Shown here in pieces: positions 1-11,889 of a stretch of 64,000 nucleotides of DNA. A program made the translations under genes and the position numbers. How positions within the stretch are numbered: position 1 is the first letter of the stretch; each line of letters starts with the position of its first letter. Origin of the DNA: Eutreptiella sp. 'Long Island Sound 2002' (taxonomy: Eukaryota > Protista > Euglenida); the NCBI GenBank assembly GCA_964036045.1, contig OZ038379.1, positions 8,122,001 to 8,186,000 on the forward strand, in the 5' to 3' direction. The notes beneath the pieces are model-generated. The model had not been told where the DNA came from and made no database searches. It saw only the letters and a program-made list of their open reading frames with translations.

Positions 1-779
1 CCACTCTCCAGTGCGCCAGTGTCGCTGTCCAGGGGCATGGGGGCTCCCGGCTCCGCCGTGCCTCCTTTTTTGCAAGTGGTGCGCGTCTTGGAGGGGGTTT
101 CATGCGCATCCTCTGCTGACCTCTTGTGTCGCAGATCGTGAAACTGACAGCGCCCGCATCAGCCTGCAGGTCAAATGAGGTGACCTCAGTACCCCACACT
201 AGCGTCATTCCGTACTGCAGGACGTCAATGTACTTCTGAGGGTCAGCCGATGAGGCTGACACCCCCCGTGCCTCGTGGTACGAACGGGCCAGCAATGAGG
301 CCGACCAGGGGCCCACCTCCGCGCCCCAGCCAGCGACCCCTGCCATAGACCCCTGCCAAAAGCACCTCGAGGCGGTGCTGTTGTGGTACCATGCGGGCCA
401 TCTAGGGGGTTTGTATGACAAGAGCCCAAGCCTTGGCTTTTCAGGGGGGGTATCGTCCTTGAGACGCAACCAGTCCCAAGCCCCTTCGTTTTGTGTTGAG
501 CTCTTCTCCCGCCTGTGCCCCCCCCCCCTCGGAAATTACGAAAGGGTGCACTCAGCAGGAAGGGGGCTGAAGCCCTGACAGAAGGGGGGTTGGGGAGGGG
601 GGGGCAGTGTAGGGGCCCCGTGCATGGTGGTAGAACTTGTGTTACCCTGCTGCACTACGCAACGTACAGTTGTGGGCAGGTAGAACCATTGATTCCCTCG
701 GGATGAGATCCTTGGAGTGGAGCGGACCAATGATGCATGGAACCGCCACCGCACCCCTGCATGAAAATGTTGTGCAGTA

Positions 780-2203
780 GCGCAAAAGTCCCAAATTAAT
801 ACGGTCCCTACGCCTACTGTAGCTTGGACAAGGCCACAGCTTCTGCGCAACACATACAACTACCAACACACACGTGAGTGAACGCATGGTATGAGTGCAC
901 CTTCACGTCCACCCACTTTCCCAAAGGCATGCAAACACACGAAAGTGTTTGAAACATAAATTTCAGGTTCACACCAATGTTCTGACACGTGCAGAAATAT
1001 CTCCAATATCTCCTGTGGCATACATTTGTGTCTGAATGACAAGAGAAATCAACTCTGACAGAGGGCACTTGCACAGAAACAACAGAAGAGCACAGTAAAA
1101 CCACCTGTTTCCAGAAGAAATGTCAAAATGACGTTCCCCCCCAGGGGGGGGGGGAGATTGCAAGGATGGGGAGATTACAAGGGGGGGTAAGGTAACAGTT
1201 GCAGCAACCCGTTTGCTCTCGCAATGGGGGGTAGAGGTACCTCGGCGGGTATCTGAATGAACTTTGATTTTGAAATCTTCAGTAATTGTTGAGTGTTTGC
1301 GCCTCAGGTCACCAAAGCCTCACACAGCGGTGTGCACACATCCCTCCAGCGAGATGCAGGAAACCGAAAATTTTACAGTGTTGCCAAAGGTATTGTGCCT
1401 CAAGATGTGCATCAACACATCAAATTGACCAGGGAGGCATTTGTTTTTGGTTCACAATGCAAATGCAAAGCGCAGTCAATCACATTGTTGTCAATGCCAG
1501 TACAGCCTCTTTTTTTGGTTCTGCCCTGCCAGTGCCTGGCAAGCTATCAACAGAAACTCGGCTTGAACATCTTTGGGCATGACTCAACACAGCGGTCCTG
1601 AGATCAAAAGCATGAGTGTTTGCTGTTGGGCTGTGAAAAGCCCATTGTGGAGGCTGTTGGCTTGCACCAGGTCCTGCCTTTACAGGCTGATAATATGTCG
1701 TACATTCCATGCTTACCTGTTTTTGCACTGCTTGGCCCATCCCTCCGCCCTCAGGAACAAAGAACGAACAAGTGAAGCACGTGCAGTGCACACGTGTCAC
1801 AACTGTTGCATTACAACTGACGCAAGCCAGCACTAGCAACATGCAACACACATACACACACATGCGCACACACACACACTTGTGCAGGAACAGACAAACA
1901 CAACCACCCAGTTTGGATACACGTGGATGATGGTTGGACAACAGACACAACGAGCAACAGTCTGTCAGTTGCAAACATGTCACACCAGTGATGGTGTCAT
2001 GAAGTCATGAGGCTAGGCGCCTGTCTGAAGCAACGGAGCAAAAGAGAGGTCCTGTGCCATAGGTGTGCATGCGGGAGCCCTGTTGCTCATTGCTTGACCA
2101 TTGAGGAGGAGAGAGGCTATGGCATTGCGGTCATACTTACAGTCACCACACGGTGTGCATGTACGAGAGGGCAACTAGCCCAATGCCATTGAAGAAGCAA
2201 CTA
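780..2203. repeat. Composite dispersed repeat made of MITE core plus internal modules; recurs at ~2570-3600, 33880-34330, 46740-48070 and 50330-52320
   Basis: Near-identical blocks such as CAACACATACAACTACCAACACACACGTGAGTGAACGCATGG and GCCTCAAGATGTGCATCAACACATC recur many times, and the same short ORFs reappear in the ORF track. No recognisable protein. Confidence 0.85.
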
Positions 2204-2279
2204 CCCCCCCCCCCCCCCGCCTGTAAAAGCTATGCAAAAGTCCCAAATTAATACGGTCCCTACGCCTACTGTAGCTTGG

Positions 2280-2568
2280 CCATAGAACAGTGGAAAGTTC
2301 AGCAATAGGTCCCCACCGACAGACCTACGCCCTCAATCAGCAAGTATCACGCGGCAGAGCCGCGACACACATTGTCCCATCTGTCCAGCGAAGCGCCTCA
2401 GCTCATCCTTGGATACGGCGCCAGAGGCGCCGCCACAGTTCGCCGGATAGGTCAGGTCGCCCTCCCTAACCCTCAGCAGGAACTGGGTTGAGCTGGCTGG
2501 AACCTCTGAAAGTAAAAACCGCCCCCCGTGTCGACCGCTACGATGAACCCCCAGCGGCCTGCCCACCG
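2280..2568 (-). mobile_element. 5'-truncated 289-bp copy (3' end only) of the L1/Tx1-like LINE at 11309-15668
   Basis: Closely matches 11309-11600. Flanked by the 12-bp direct repeat ACTGTAGCTTGG (2268-2279 and 2569-2580). Confidence 0.9.
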
Positions 2569-3154
2569 ACTGTAGCTTGGACAAGGCCGTAGCTTCCGCG
2601 CCACACATACAACTACCAACACACACGTGAGTGAACGCATGGTATGAGTGCACCTTCACGTCCACCCACTTTCCCAAATGCATGCAAACACAAGAAAGTG
2701 TTTGAAACATGAAACTTCAGGTTCACACCAATGCTCTCATAAGTGCAGAAATATCTCGAAAATGAGAAATATGCCAGTTCAAGTGATCCAACACTCAGAA
2801 GAAATGTGTCCATGACTCTATGTAACCGGCTTGTGGAGGAACAGACAAACACAACCACCCAGTTTGGATACACGTAGATGATGGTTGGACAACAGACACA
2901 ACGAGCAACAGTCTGTCAGTTGCAAACATGTCACACCAGTGATGGTGTCATGAAGTCATGAGGCTAGGCGCCTGTCTGAAGCAACGGAGCAAAAGAGAGG
3001 TCCTGTGCCATAGGTGTGCATGCGGGAGCCCTGTTGCTCATTGCTTGACCGTTGAGGAGGAGAGAGGCTATGGCATTGCGGTCATACTTACAGTCACCAC
3101 ACGGTGTGCATGTACGAGAGGGCAACCAGCCCAATGCCATTGAAGAAGCAACTA

Positions 3155-3604
3155 CCCCCCCCCCCCCCCGCCTGTAAAACCTACGCAAAAGTCCCAAATT
3201 AATACGGTCCCTACGCCTACTGTAGCTTGGACAGGGCCGTAGCTTCCACGCAACACATACAACTACCAACACACACGTGAGTGAACGCATGGTATGAGTG
3301 CACCTTCACGTCCACCCACGTTCCCAAAGGCATGCAAACACAAGAAAGTGTTTGAAATATGAAACTTCAGGTTCACACCAATGTTCTCATAAGTGCAGAA
3401 ATATCTGCAAAATCAGAGCTATGCCAGTTCAAGTGGGCAAACACTCACAACAAATGTGTCCATGACTCGTCACCAAACCCATGTCTTATGTGGCTGCACT
3501 ACATTTGGCACCGAATTAAATTGGGTCCCAAATGAATACGGTCCCTATGCCCGCTGTAGCTTGGACAAGGGCGCAGCTGTTACACGGGGGGGGGGGTGAG
3601 GGGG
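3155..3604 (+). mobile_element. MITE-like element: C-run/TIR, core, spacer, core, TIR/G-run
   Basis: TA-C(n)-GCCTGTAAAACCTACGC at the left end and GCGCAGCTGTTACAC-G(n) at the right. The core AATACGGTCCCTA(C/T)GCC..CTGTAGCTTGGACA is present near both ends. Confidence 0.7.
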
Positions 3605-3960
3605 TCCTATGGGGTTCCCCGGAGATTTGTCCGGCCACACCCAATATTCCCACAGAGGGGGCAGGGCTTCCAATCTCAGAAATCCAGAATACCCCAGTTG
3701 TCACGCAAATGTGGAGAACACACAGGGGTCCTGTTGGAGCACTCACACCCAATCAAGTGCAGTGTGGGAAGTGTTCGAAAAGTGAAACCAAGCGTGTGCA
3801 GCATTCACCCAGCCCCCGAAAGGACGAAGGAGAGCAGCACAAACGACGCTCGGAAAAGGAACACTGGCGCAGAGACTCATGACTCCTGATCCTAAAGGAG
3901 GCACAATTACTGCTCGAGACACCAGTTGGATCCAACCTCTCTTTATTTTTTTCGTACCCT

Positions 3961-4100
3961 CCCCCCCAACCTTGTCCTTCCCCACCCCAGGGAAGACGGT
4001 CCCCCGCCACCCCCTGGGGGACGGTCACCAAGTGACGGTCCCCCACCACCCTCCGGGGGACCGTAGTACCGCCGTACACGCACACTGTGGGGCACAGAAA
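3961..4100 (+). repeat. Left arm of a second C-run MITE-like family with repeated GACGGTC motifs
   Basis: Homologous to 5699-5830 and 44645-44790. Confidence 0.7.
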
Positions 4101-5025
4101 TTGCAGCAGAAGACGAAATAACACAGCATAAAAAACGTTGGTGTGCAGAGCTTGTCACAGTGACAAATGAAAGCAAGTAATGCAACAATATGCAAATCAT
4201 GCGCGCGCTCAATGGGCTGCCAATGTAATGAAATTTACTCCTTGACTCGCTAGGTGTAGAATTTCTTTGTCCTGCTCCATTTGACCTTGAATTCTTGAAT
4301 GTGCTCACCACTTTCCACAGGAATGCTTTGGACAGCACCCTTGGGCGGTGGCTTGGCCCTTTTGGGATTCACCAAGTCACGGTCCCCCGGCCCCCCCTGG
4401 GGAAGGACAAGGGGCGGGGAAGGACAAGGGCCACCGGTTTCTTCTTCCAGTCAGCCCAGCTTCAGGGAAGTCCGCAAGGATATGGCAGTTGTCCCACAGC
4501 ATACACTCGTGACAGATTTCAAGGTCCAAATAGACGTCCCACCACCCTGGGCGGTCTGTGGCATCCCACACAGAACAACCGATGTTGTACTTTACCTGCT
4601 GCCATTAAGGTCCGGTCATACCGCCCAAGCACTTACGAGGCACACGCAAGTCTTAGAACAAAACAAAACATTGGACACACGGCTTCTGGAGACAATCCGT
4701 GTGGTTTTGCAATGCTTTGTGTCAACGAATGCACATGCGGTACAACAGCTTCCCCTGGTGACCTATCTGTTGTTCATTCATTCATTGACAGGGCATTTTC
4801 GCAAAAGGTGCCACCCAGATCAGTCCAATTTCTGAACCCAGAACACCGAGTTGGAACTGCATGCAGACACAGTGTTTGGAGTCACACTGCATAGATGATT
4901 TTGAAGTTTCCCGTTGTCTCGAGTTTCCGAAAAGGTTTCCTGTATATCACCTGGCCGCTTGGCGTGGCATGACCAATGCATGATGCATTTGGCGAATGCT
5001 TTAGATACTCAAGGCACCCCATTTA

Positions 5026-5139
5026 CCCCCCTGCCCCCCTCTTGCGAGAGCATCGCCCTTGTCAGCGTGACAGCAGGGGTTGTTTCTGTCAAAATTCGGG
5101 TCTTTAGTGTTGCTCTTGCAAGGAGGGGGGGCGGGGGGG
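5026..5139 (-). mobile_element. Minimal ~115-bp hairpin MITE, a diverged relative of the main family
   Basis: TA then C-run and CTTGCGAGAGCA ... TGCTCTTGCAAGGA then G-run. Its reverse complement aligns with the main core and with 9825-9895. Confidence 0.7.
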
Positions 5140-5698
5140 TTCCTGGGGCACACTTCCCTTGTGAGGCTGTCCCTCTACACTGTGTATAGCGACATTTGAT
5201 CCAGGATCATGTGGCGAGCACAATTGGACACAGCGTGTGCCAGACAAAAAAGAGAGGTAAGATCCAACTGACAACTCGGACAGACCGGCATGTCTGATCA
5301 TTACGGACCGTGGCATAGCCATGATTCCGCTCCCCAGATGGGGCCGTACATTGGACTGGCAGATGTACCCTCCCCGCCGCCAAGGCTGAGACTGGGAGGG
5401 TGGCATGAAGGCTGTGTGTTCGATGTTTATTTGTTTTTTGTGTTCCAGCGCTAGGCGTGAGCAGCAGCCCCTCATCGATATTGATTGTAGGCAACTTCAA
5501 TCCCATGCTTTTTTAATCCCAGGGTACACTGTGTGTGTTGTGCACGTCGAGCTCTGACCTAAAACCTCATTTCGTAAAACAAATGCAAACATCATGATTC
5601 CAAACATTTTCGGTTGGCGGGCCTTGCACCCAAAGTTTTGAATTCTACGGTTTCTCACCAACCCCATGTTGCTTGGCCAAGGAACCTGGGGGGAAACA

Positions 5699-6295
5699 CC
5701 CCCCCCCCTTGTCCTGCCCCACCCCAGGGAAGACAGTCCCCCGCCACCCCTTGGGGGACGGTTGCCAAGTGACGGTCCCCCAACCCCCCTGGGGGACCGC
5801 ACTACCACCATACACGCACATTTTCAGGCACAGAAATTGCAGTGCAAAACGAAAGAATAATGTGGAAGGACTGTCTTGCCTTCACGCTCATAAGAGATGC
5901 AGTGATGTGCATCACTGTGCTCTGAGTATCCAACGACCTGCGCCAAACAGGTTCCCCTGTGTAGCGGATGAACATGACATTCGTCCCAGGGGTAAACATG
6001 CTTGTGCTGTCAAGTTCCATTTCAGCAAAAGTGAGCAACATGTCCTGCCAAGAGTACAAAGGATACAAGTGGCAGTGCCTCACAAAACAGTCACAAACCC
6101 ACACAACAACACAGTGAGCTGTAACAAAAAAATTTGTGTTGACCAAGTGACGCCCCCCCCCCCTGGGAAGGACAATGGGTGGGGCAGGACAAGGGCCGCA
6201 CGCAGGCCCAAGAGCGCTCGACACATGCACGTCCTGGTGTGCATATGCAGCAATGTTCGGCAGTTGCTCACACACAGGACAAAGGGGGGGGGGGG
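5699..6295 (+). mobile_element. MITE-like element with C-run/G-run termini
   Basis: C(n)TTGTCC at the left and GGACAAA-G(n)-TA at the right. Homologous to 44645-45101. Confidence 0.65.
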
Positions 6296-7149
6296 TACCA
6301 ACATAAGAAGGGAAGGCATCCTTAGGATTGTCCCAGTTGCGTCATCAGAGAGCCCACCAAGTCAGCTCCACAGAGCCCCCCCTGCCCGCACTCGGGAACA
6401 CAATCTGTGCACAACCAGAAACACCAGATTGTGCATATCTAGAATGCTTTAGTCACAAGGATGCCAACAACGGAAAAATAAAACGCATTTTCACAGACTA
6501 AGCCTGAGAACAGAAATAGAACAGTGAATTCTACGCTGCATTTCGGGACCTGCAACGTTTGGCAGTTGCAACATGCAAGATGGAAATTCCCAACCGTCTG
6601 ACAAGGCCAACCAACCTCACCAAGAGCACTGACATCCATTCCTAACCCCAGCCTTTTGCCCTGGCAGGCAGAGACCCTCGGCTGCAAGCAGAAGCAGACA
6701 TATCACTACCCTGAGCACTGGTGCAGAACTTCTAACAATTTCGTCCTTCAGCTGCAAAAACCCATCCCTTGGAACAATGACAATCCATTTCTTAAAATGT
6801 ATTTACAACAACGTGACTGAGTGGAACAGCAGGTCAACACATGCTTCACCAAATGAAACTTGCGATCCTAGATACACAAACACAGGGATATTATCAAGAT
6901 GGAGGGCACTACTGCTGCCAGCTGCTCCAAGGACCTCCAAGTTTTTGCAACAGAGGGGTGCGTTGCATACTTGCATCAACTACCTCAGACCTACAACAGA
7001 GGGTTGCTTACACTAAACAGATTTACCCTCCCCAAAGGAGCCCCCTAAGTCGACCAGAGTGGACCACAAACCTTCCCTACAAAGCACGCTGTATAAGTCG
7101 AAGTAGCTGAATTCAACAACAACCTGTGTCAAGCATGTATTGGCTAATA

Positions 7150-8720
7150 AATAACTTGGTCCCCACAAGTGTGGGCATCAATACATTCATCACAATAATG
7201 CTCCTGGCGCTCACCACACTGTGATGATGGAGCGCTTCTGACAACACAACGCACACACATCTGCCTCATCCTCTCCCTCATCTTGCGTGGCGGTTGAGTT
7301 GCTTTTATTAGTCCACACATGAGGCAGGACATGGTCCCATGGCCCATAAGGAGGGTGAAAGACCTGCCTCCAAATGCAAAATTGCGTGAAATGCAACAAA
7401 ACACGCACGGACTGGTGCAACTCGGTAGGGCCACCACGCCACATGTTCCTAACTAAACCCCAATGCCACAACTGTCCAAACAAGTGCTCAATGTGTGCCC
7501 TATACCACCCATGCACATCATAGTACGATTGTTGCCGGGCCGTCAAAGTTCCATTCTTTCTTCCAATGAATGGCACAATGACATGAATCCGGCCTTTGGG
7601 GGAATGTTTGCCCGGCGCGCGCGCTACTTTTAGACTATGTTCCCCCCGAAGAGCCCCCAAGCACACCCCTTGGAAACGCCCTTAGAATTAGGTGACCCAA
7701 ACTGCCCCAGCTCAAGAAAGTTGCAAACTGGGGTACACAGTACCACTCTCGCTCCTTTAAGGGCGGTCTTGGTCAACACCTTAGCAAGTTGGGAGAATGG
7801 GGGGTTAGGATAGCACAACCGCATCGATCTCCAGTAGAAGCGATAGGCGTCATTGAGGTATCGCGAACAGTAGAGCTGCATCATAACATTGGTCCCACAA
7901 GTGTGGGTGTCAATACATTCAGTACAATAGTGCTCCTTACACTCATCCCAAACTACAACGGTGGAGCGTTATGGCAACACAACACACACACTTCTGCCTC
8001 ATCCTCTGCCTCATCTTGCGTGCCACAACCGAGCAAACGGCTGCTCAATGCGTGCCCTATACCACCCGTGCACGTCATTGTAACACTGTTGGCGGGCTGT
8101 CAAAGTGCCATTCTTTCTTCCAATTAATGGCACAATGACATGAATCCGGCCCTTATAAGCACCATCATGGCCCCCAACTTCGAAATCAAAGAAATCACCT
8201 CGGGTACGAGAAGGTCCATACCCATCCCAAATCTGCTGATGTCCCGGGGGCCAAGGGGCAAATCCATATAATGTTGCCCAACATATCAACGGCAACAGTC
8301 CACCGGTAGGGCACGGGTCAAAAAAGATGCCCGGCGCGCTAACGTTCCCCCTTTATCAGCGCCATCATGGCCCCCAACCTCAAAATCAACGAAATCACCA
8401 CGGGTAAGAGACGGTCCATACCCCTCCCAGATCAGAACATATCGGCAGATGTCCCCGGGGCAAAGGGGCAAATCCATTCAATGTTGCCCAACATAATAAC
8501 GGCAATAGTTACCTTGTAAACATAACAAAAAGGTCTAAGGACGCAAGGGGCAAAAACTAATGCTCTACAGCGGATATGCGCATACAAGGGGGCTGGATTA
8601 CCTTTTTGAGTGACATGCACAACAACACACACAAACGAAGATCGGCCCGGTTTCCTCAATAGCACCGGAAGGCCGAATCGAAGACAAAGGACGGTTAGGT
8701 TCCCTGTAGGTACTGAAACC
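7150..8720 (-). pseudogene. Fragmented DDE_Tnp_4 (PIF/Harbinger/IS5-like) transposase, interrupted by a related element
   Basis: Translated pieces YKVTIAVIMLGNIEWICPFAPGTSAD, GGHDGA(Y/D)KG and YNDVHGWYRARIEQ / YRAHIEHLFGQLW match the DDE_Tnp_4 pattern K.Q...D..G.I....PGS..D / D.GY.G / N......R..IE..FG.L. A Cys-rich C-terminal remnant follows. Frameshifts and stops are present. Confidence 0.75.
7598..8351. mobile_element. Non-autonomous Harbinger-like element, ~13-bp TIR, 3-bp TSD (TTT)
   Basis: Left end GGGGGAATGTTTG, right end CTAACGTTCCCCC, TTT at 7595-7597 and 8352-8354. Carries internal transposase remnants. Confidence 0.8.
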
Positions 8721-8826
8721 ACCGAAGTAGAGCTCGGGATGGCCTTGGGTTACCTGGAGGTACTATCTTAGCACTTGCCCCTAGAAGCGATCAACGTAGA
8801 TGCTCTGGCTGCCTTTGTCACTCAGC

Positions 8827-9075
8827 ATGGCTACATAACCCCGGCCGTCTAGGGGGCCCACATGTGGGCAGAACGGCTACATCACCCCTGCCTTCTCGGG
8901 GGTCCCCATGGTGGGGAGAGATCAATATGGCATCACCCCTGCCATCTCGGGGTCCCCATGGTGGGGAGAGATCAAAATGGCTACATCACCGCTGCTTTCT
9001 TGGGGTCCCCATGGTGGGGAGAGATCAATATGGCTGCATCACCCCTGCCTTCTCGGGGTCCCCATGTAGCGGAGA
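8827..9075 (+). repeat. ~52-bp minisatellite, about 5 units, each with a short hairpin
   Basis: Unit ~ATGGCTACATCACCCCTGCCTTCTCGGGGTCCCCATGGTGGGGAGAGATCAAT. Related units at ~16965-17060. Confidence 0.85.
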
Positions 9076-11593
9076 AAAGAGGGATGGAAAATGGGTAAAA
9101 GTGGGTGACAATTCAAATATGCCACATCCAAAATGCATAAGAAGCAAAAAAAAAAACCCGGTATGGAACAAAAAACTTGTGGAAAGGGGCATTCTCCATA
9201 TCCCCAACCGTAAAGGCCGTGCAAAAAGCGTGGATTACGGCTCCGTATCAAAAATGGCCCAAAAACATGCTTGGCGTGCACCCAGCGCGCTGCCACTCCC
9301 CAGTAGGGTTGATCCGCAAAATATGCAATGTTCTCCAAATCATCAAGCTTCATCCCATTGGGAAAATATGCAGCCTGTGTGGCTTGCAGAATCTTCTCCT
9401 CAGGGATACAAGGAGTCATCGCTAAAAGGGGCACCTGCAAAAAAGAGAAGAAGAAAGCACAACACCACCACCCATTATCAAAAGAAAAGTGGAAGTGACC
9501 CCCCCCCTTGTGACTCATTGGAGATGAAAAGATAGCGCTATCACAACCGTGCCTCCAAAAAGCTGCCCTGGATTGAGATTATTGTTGCTCGGAGTGCATG
9601 CACGTTATCTTACAAAATGGCCGCTTGAAATGTAGCCCCCCTCCCTTGTAAAAGGTACGCAAAGGTCCCGAATTAATATGGTCCCTGCGCCTACTATAGC
9701 TTGGAAGGGGGGGGGGGGTCCTGAAACAGCCCCACTACAAAAACACGGCTCGAAGATCGGAGGAATCATATGCGTTTGTAGTGAAAAGACGTTGTCTGGG
9801 TTGTGTATTTACCACCACCACCCCTTGCGAGAGCAACACTAAAATCCCCAAATTTGACGGAAACAACACCTACTGTTGTTCTGACAAGGGCGTTGTGCTC
9901 CCAGGGCCATGATGTCATGAACCAATAACCAGCATGATCCCCTCATGCCAGACTTACTCAGTTGTTCTCGCATCAGCGGCGAGGGAGGGGGCGGCACACT
10001 GGGACATGCACGGAAAAATAGCGCTACAAAGTCTGAAATAGCACACGGGGCCTCATCCTGGCGAAGTGGAATCTGGTGATAAAAGAAATGAAACAGTTCT
10101 TTCAGCAGAGCATGAAATGTTAATTTTCAAGGCTCGAGACACAGAGTGTTGATTTGACTGGACCATCCCTTCAACCACTGCACAGAATTACAACGATTAC
10201 AAAGTACAGTCTGAAAAATGGGACGGAGGAATGATATGCATTGTTCTGGAAAGACATTGTCAGGATTGTGCATATACAATTGGGACCGTGGAGGAAAAAA
10301 CGGGCTCTAACTCCTGACAACGAACTACCCCAAAGACAGACTTTGATGACACATCATAAGAACGTGAAATGAAAAAATTATGACGTAGGACAATGGAACA
10401 AGAAATGGATGAATGCTAAACGACTAACATACCAACCTGCATCCTATGGGCCAGTCCGAATGCAACAGCTTTCCACAGCAAAGGGCTCATTTGTCGTCCT
10501 CTCATATTGGACCAGGCTGCTCAAAGCGGTTTCGGGTTTTCGCTTTGACTTCCTGCCTGGGTTTCGAATTTTTTTGGACACATTTATGGGGATTGAGGGG
10601 ACACGGCTCAGACCAGGCAACCAGAACAGGTCAAAAAAAGACCCGATTTGAGCATTGGGTTGGGGCACCGAGTCCTGAACCACAGGGACAGCCTGCTGGC
10701 GGAGTCTCCGTGTTGCTTGTCAGAGGCTGCAGGACTGGATGGGTCTTAGTTTTACATTTTGCCTTTGAGGGGGAAGCCTCAAACTCTGCTTAATTTGGCA
10801 CCGGGCCATTGACAGTCTGCAGCCAAGATCAAGATCTGAGAGGAAGGCGCCCAGTCGCGAAATGCTCCTGTTGTGAGGGGGGAAAGCCCTTTAAGCCGGA
10901 GCTGGGCTCAGGAAGGTGAGTCCCACCTGGACCTCTTTTTATGGTACCCCCCACTCCCCCTTGTAATAGCTACGCAAAAGTCCCAAAATAATACGGTCCC
11001 TATGCCCACTACGCAAAAGTCCCAAAATAATACGGTCCCTATGCCCACTGTAGCTTTGACAAGGCCGTAGCTTGCATGTACCCCATACATGGTGGGCTGG
11101 TGCAAGAAAGGGGAATTTCAGGCACAAATATCCCCAAAATTAGAGCTATGTGGGTTCAAGTAGGTAAACACTCACAACAAATGTGTCCATGACCCTATAT
11201 AAGTGGCAAAATTGTCACCAAACCCATGTCTTATGTGGCCGCACTACATTTGTACCAAATCAAATCAGGTACCAAATTAATACGGTCCCTACGCCCGCTG
11301 TAGCTTGGCCATAGAACAGTGGAAAGTTCAGCAATAGGTCCCCACCGACAGACCTATGCCCTCAATCAGCAAGTATCACGCGGCGGAGCCGCGGCACACA
11401 TTGTCCCATCTGTCCAGCGAAGCGCCACAGCTCTCCTTCGGATACGGCGCCGGAGGCGCCGCCACAGTTCTTCAGGATAGGTCAGGTCGCCCTCCCTACC
11501 CTCAGCAGGAACTGGGTTGAGCTGACAGGTACCTCCGAGACGAAAATAAAACCACCCCCCGTGTCGACCACTATGACGAACCCCCAGCGACCT

Positions 11594-11657
11594 GTCCGCC
11601 GGGTTTCGAACCCACGACCCATGACGTGGGAGACAAGCGTGTTTCCGATATGCTACC
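11594..11657 (-). ncRNA. Degenerate tRNA-like segment (box A/box B) in the LINE 3' UTR
   Basis: Box A-like TAGCATATCGG (11645-11655), anticodon-loop-like CTCCCAC (11626-11632), exact box B GGTTCGAAACC within 11601-11613, followed by GGCGGA as in tRNA-Val 3' halves. The acceptor and anticodon stems do not pair, so this is not a functional tRNA. Confidence 0.5.
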
Positions 11658-11889
11658 GTCCGATGTGCTGTGTACCGGCCGTGGGAACCACCAGATCTCT
11701 CCCCCCCCCACCGACCCCAGCGGTTGCTGCTGCGGTATGCACTTAGTGCAGACCTTCAAGGCGGAAATGCCCGGTGGCGTGCCCGTCGACCTCGCCACCG
11801 ACCGTGGCTTGGGAGCCACGCGTGTTTCTGGTATGCTCCTCCCCCGTTGTTGCCCCGTGCTCCAGAGGCGCCACTGGCACCCCTCCGTC

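Noticed and set aside
4295-4894. 199-aa and 178-aa overlapping ORFs
   Set aside because: Interrupted by a repeat arm and show no motif I can identify.
5673-6452. 259-aa ORF
   Set aside because: Runs through MITE termini and homopolymers; not protein-like.
8827-9075. CRISPR-like array
   Set aside because: The units abut with no unique spacers, there are no cas genes, and the context is eukaryotic.
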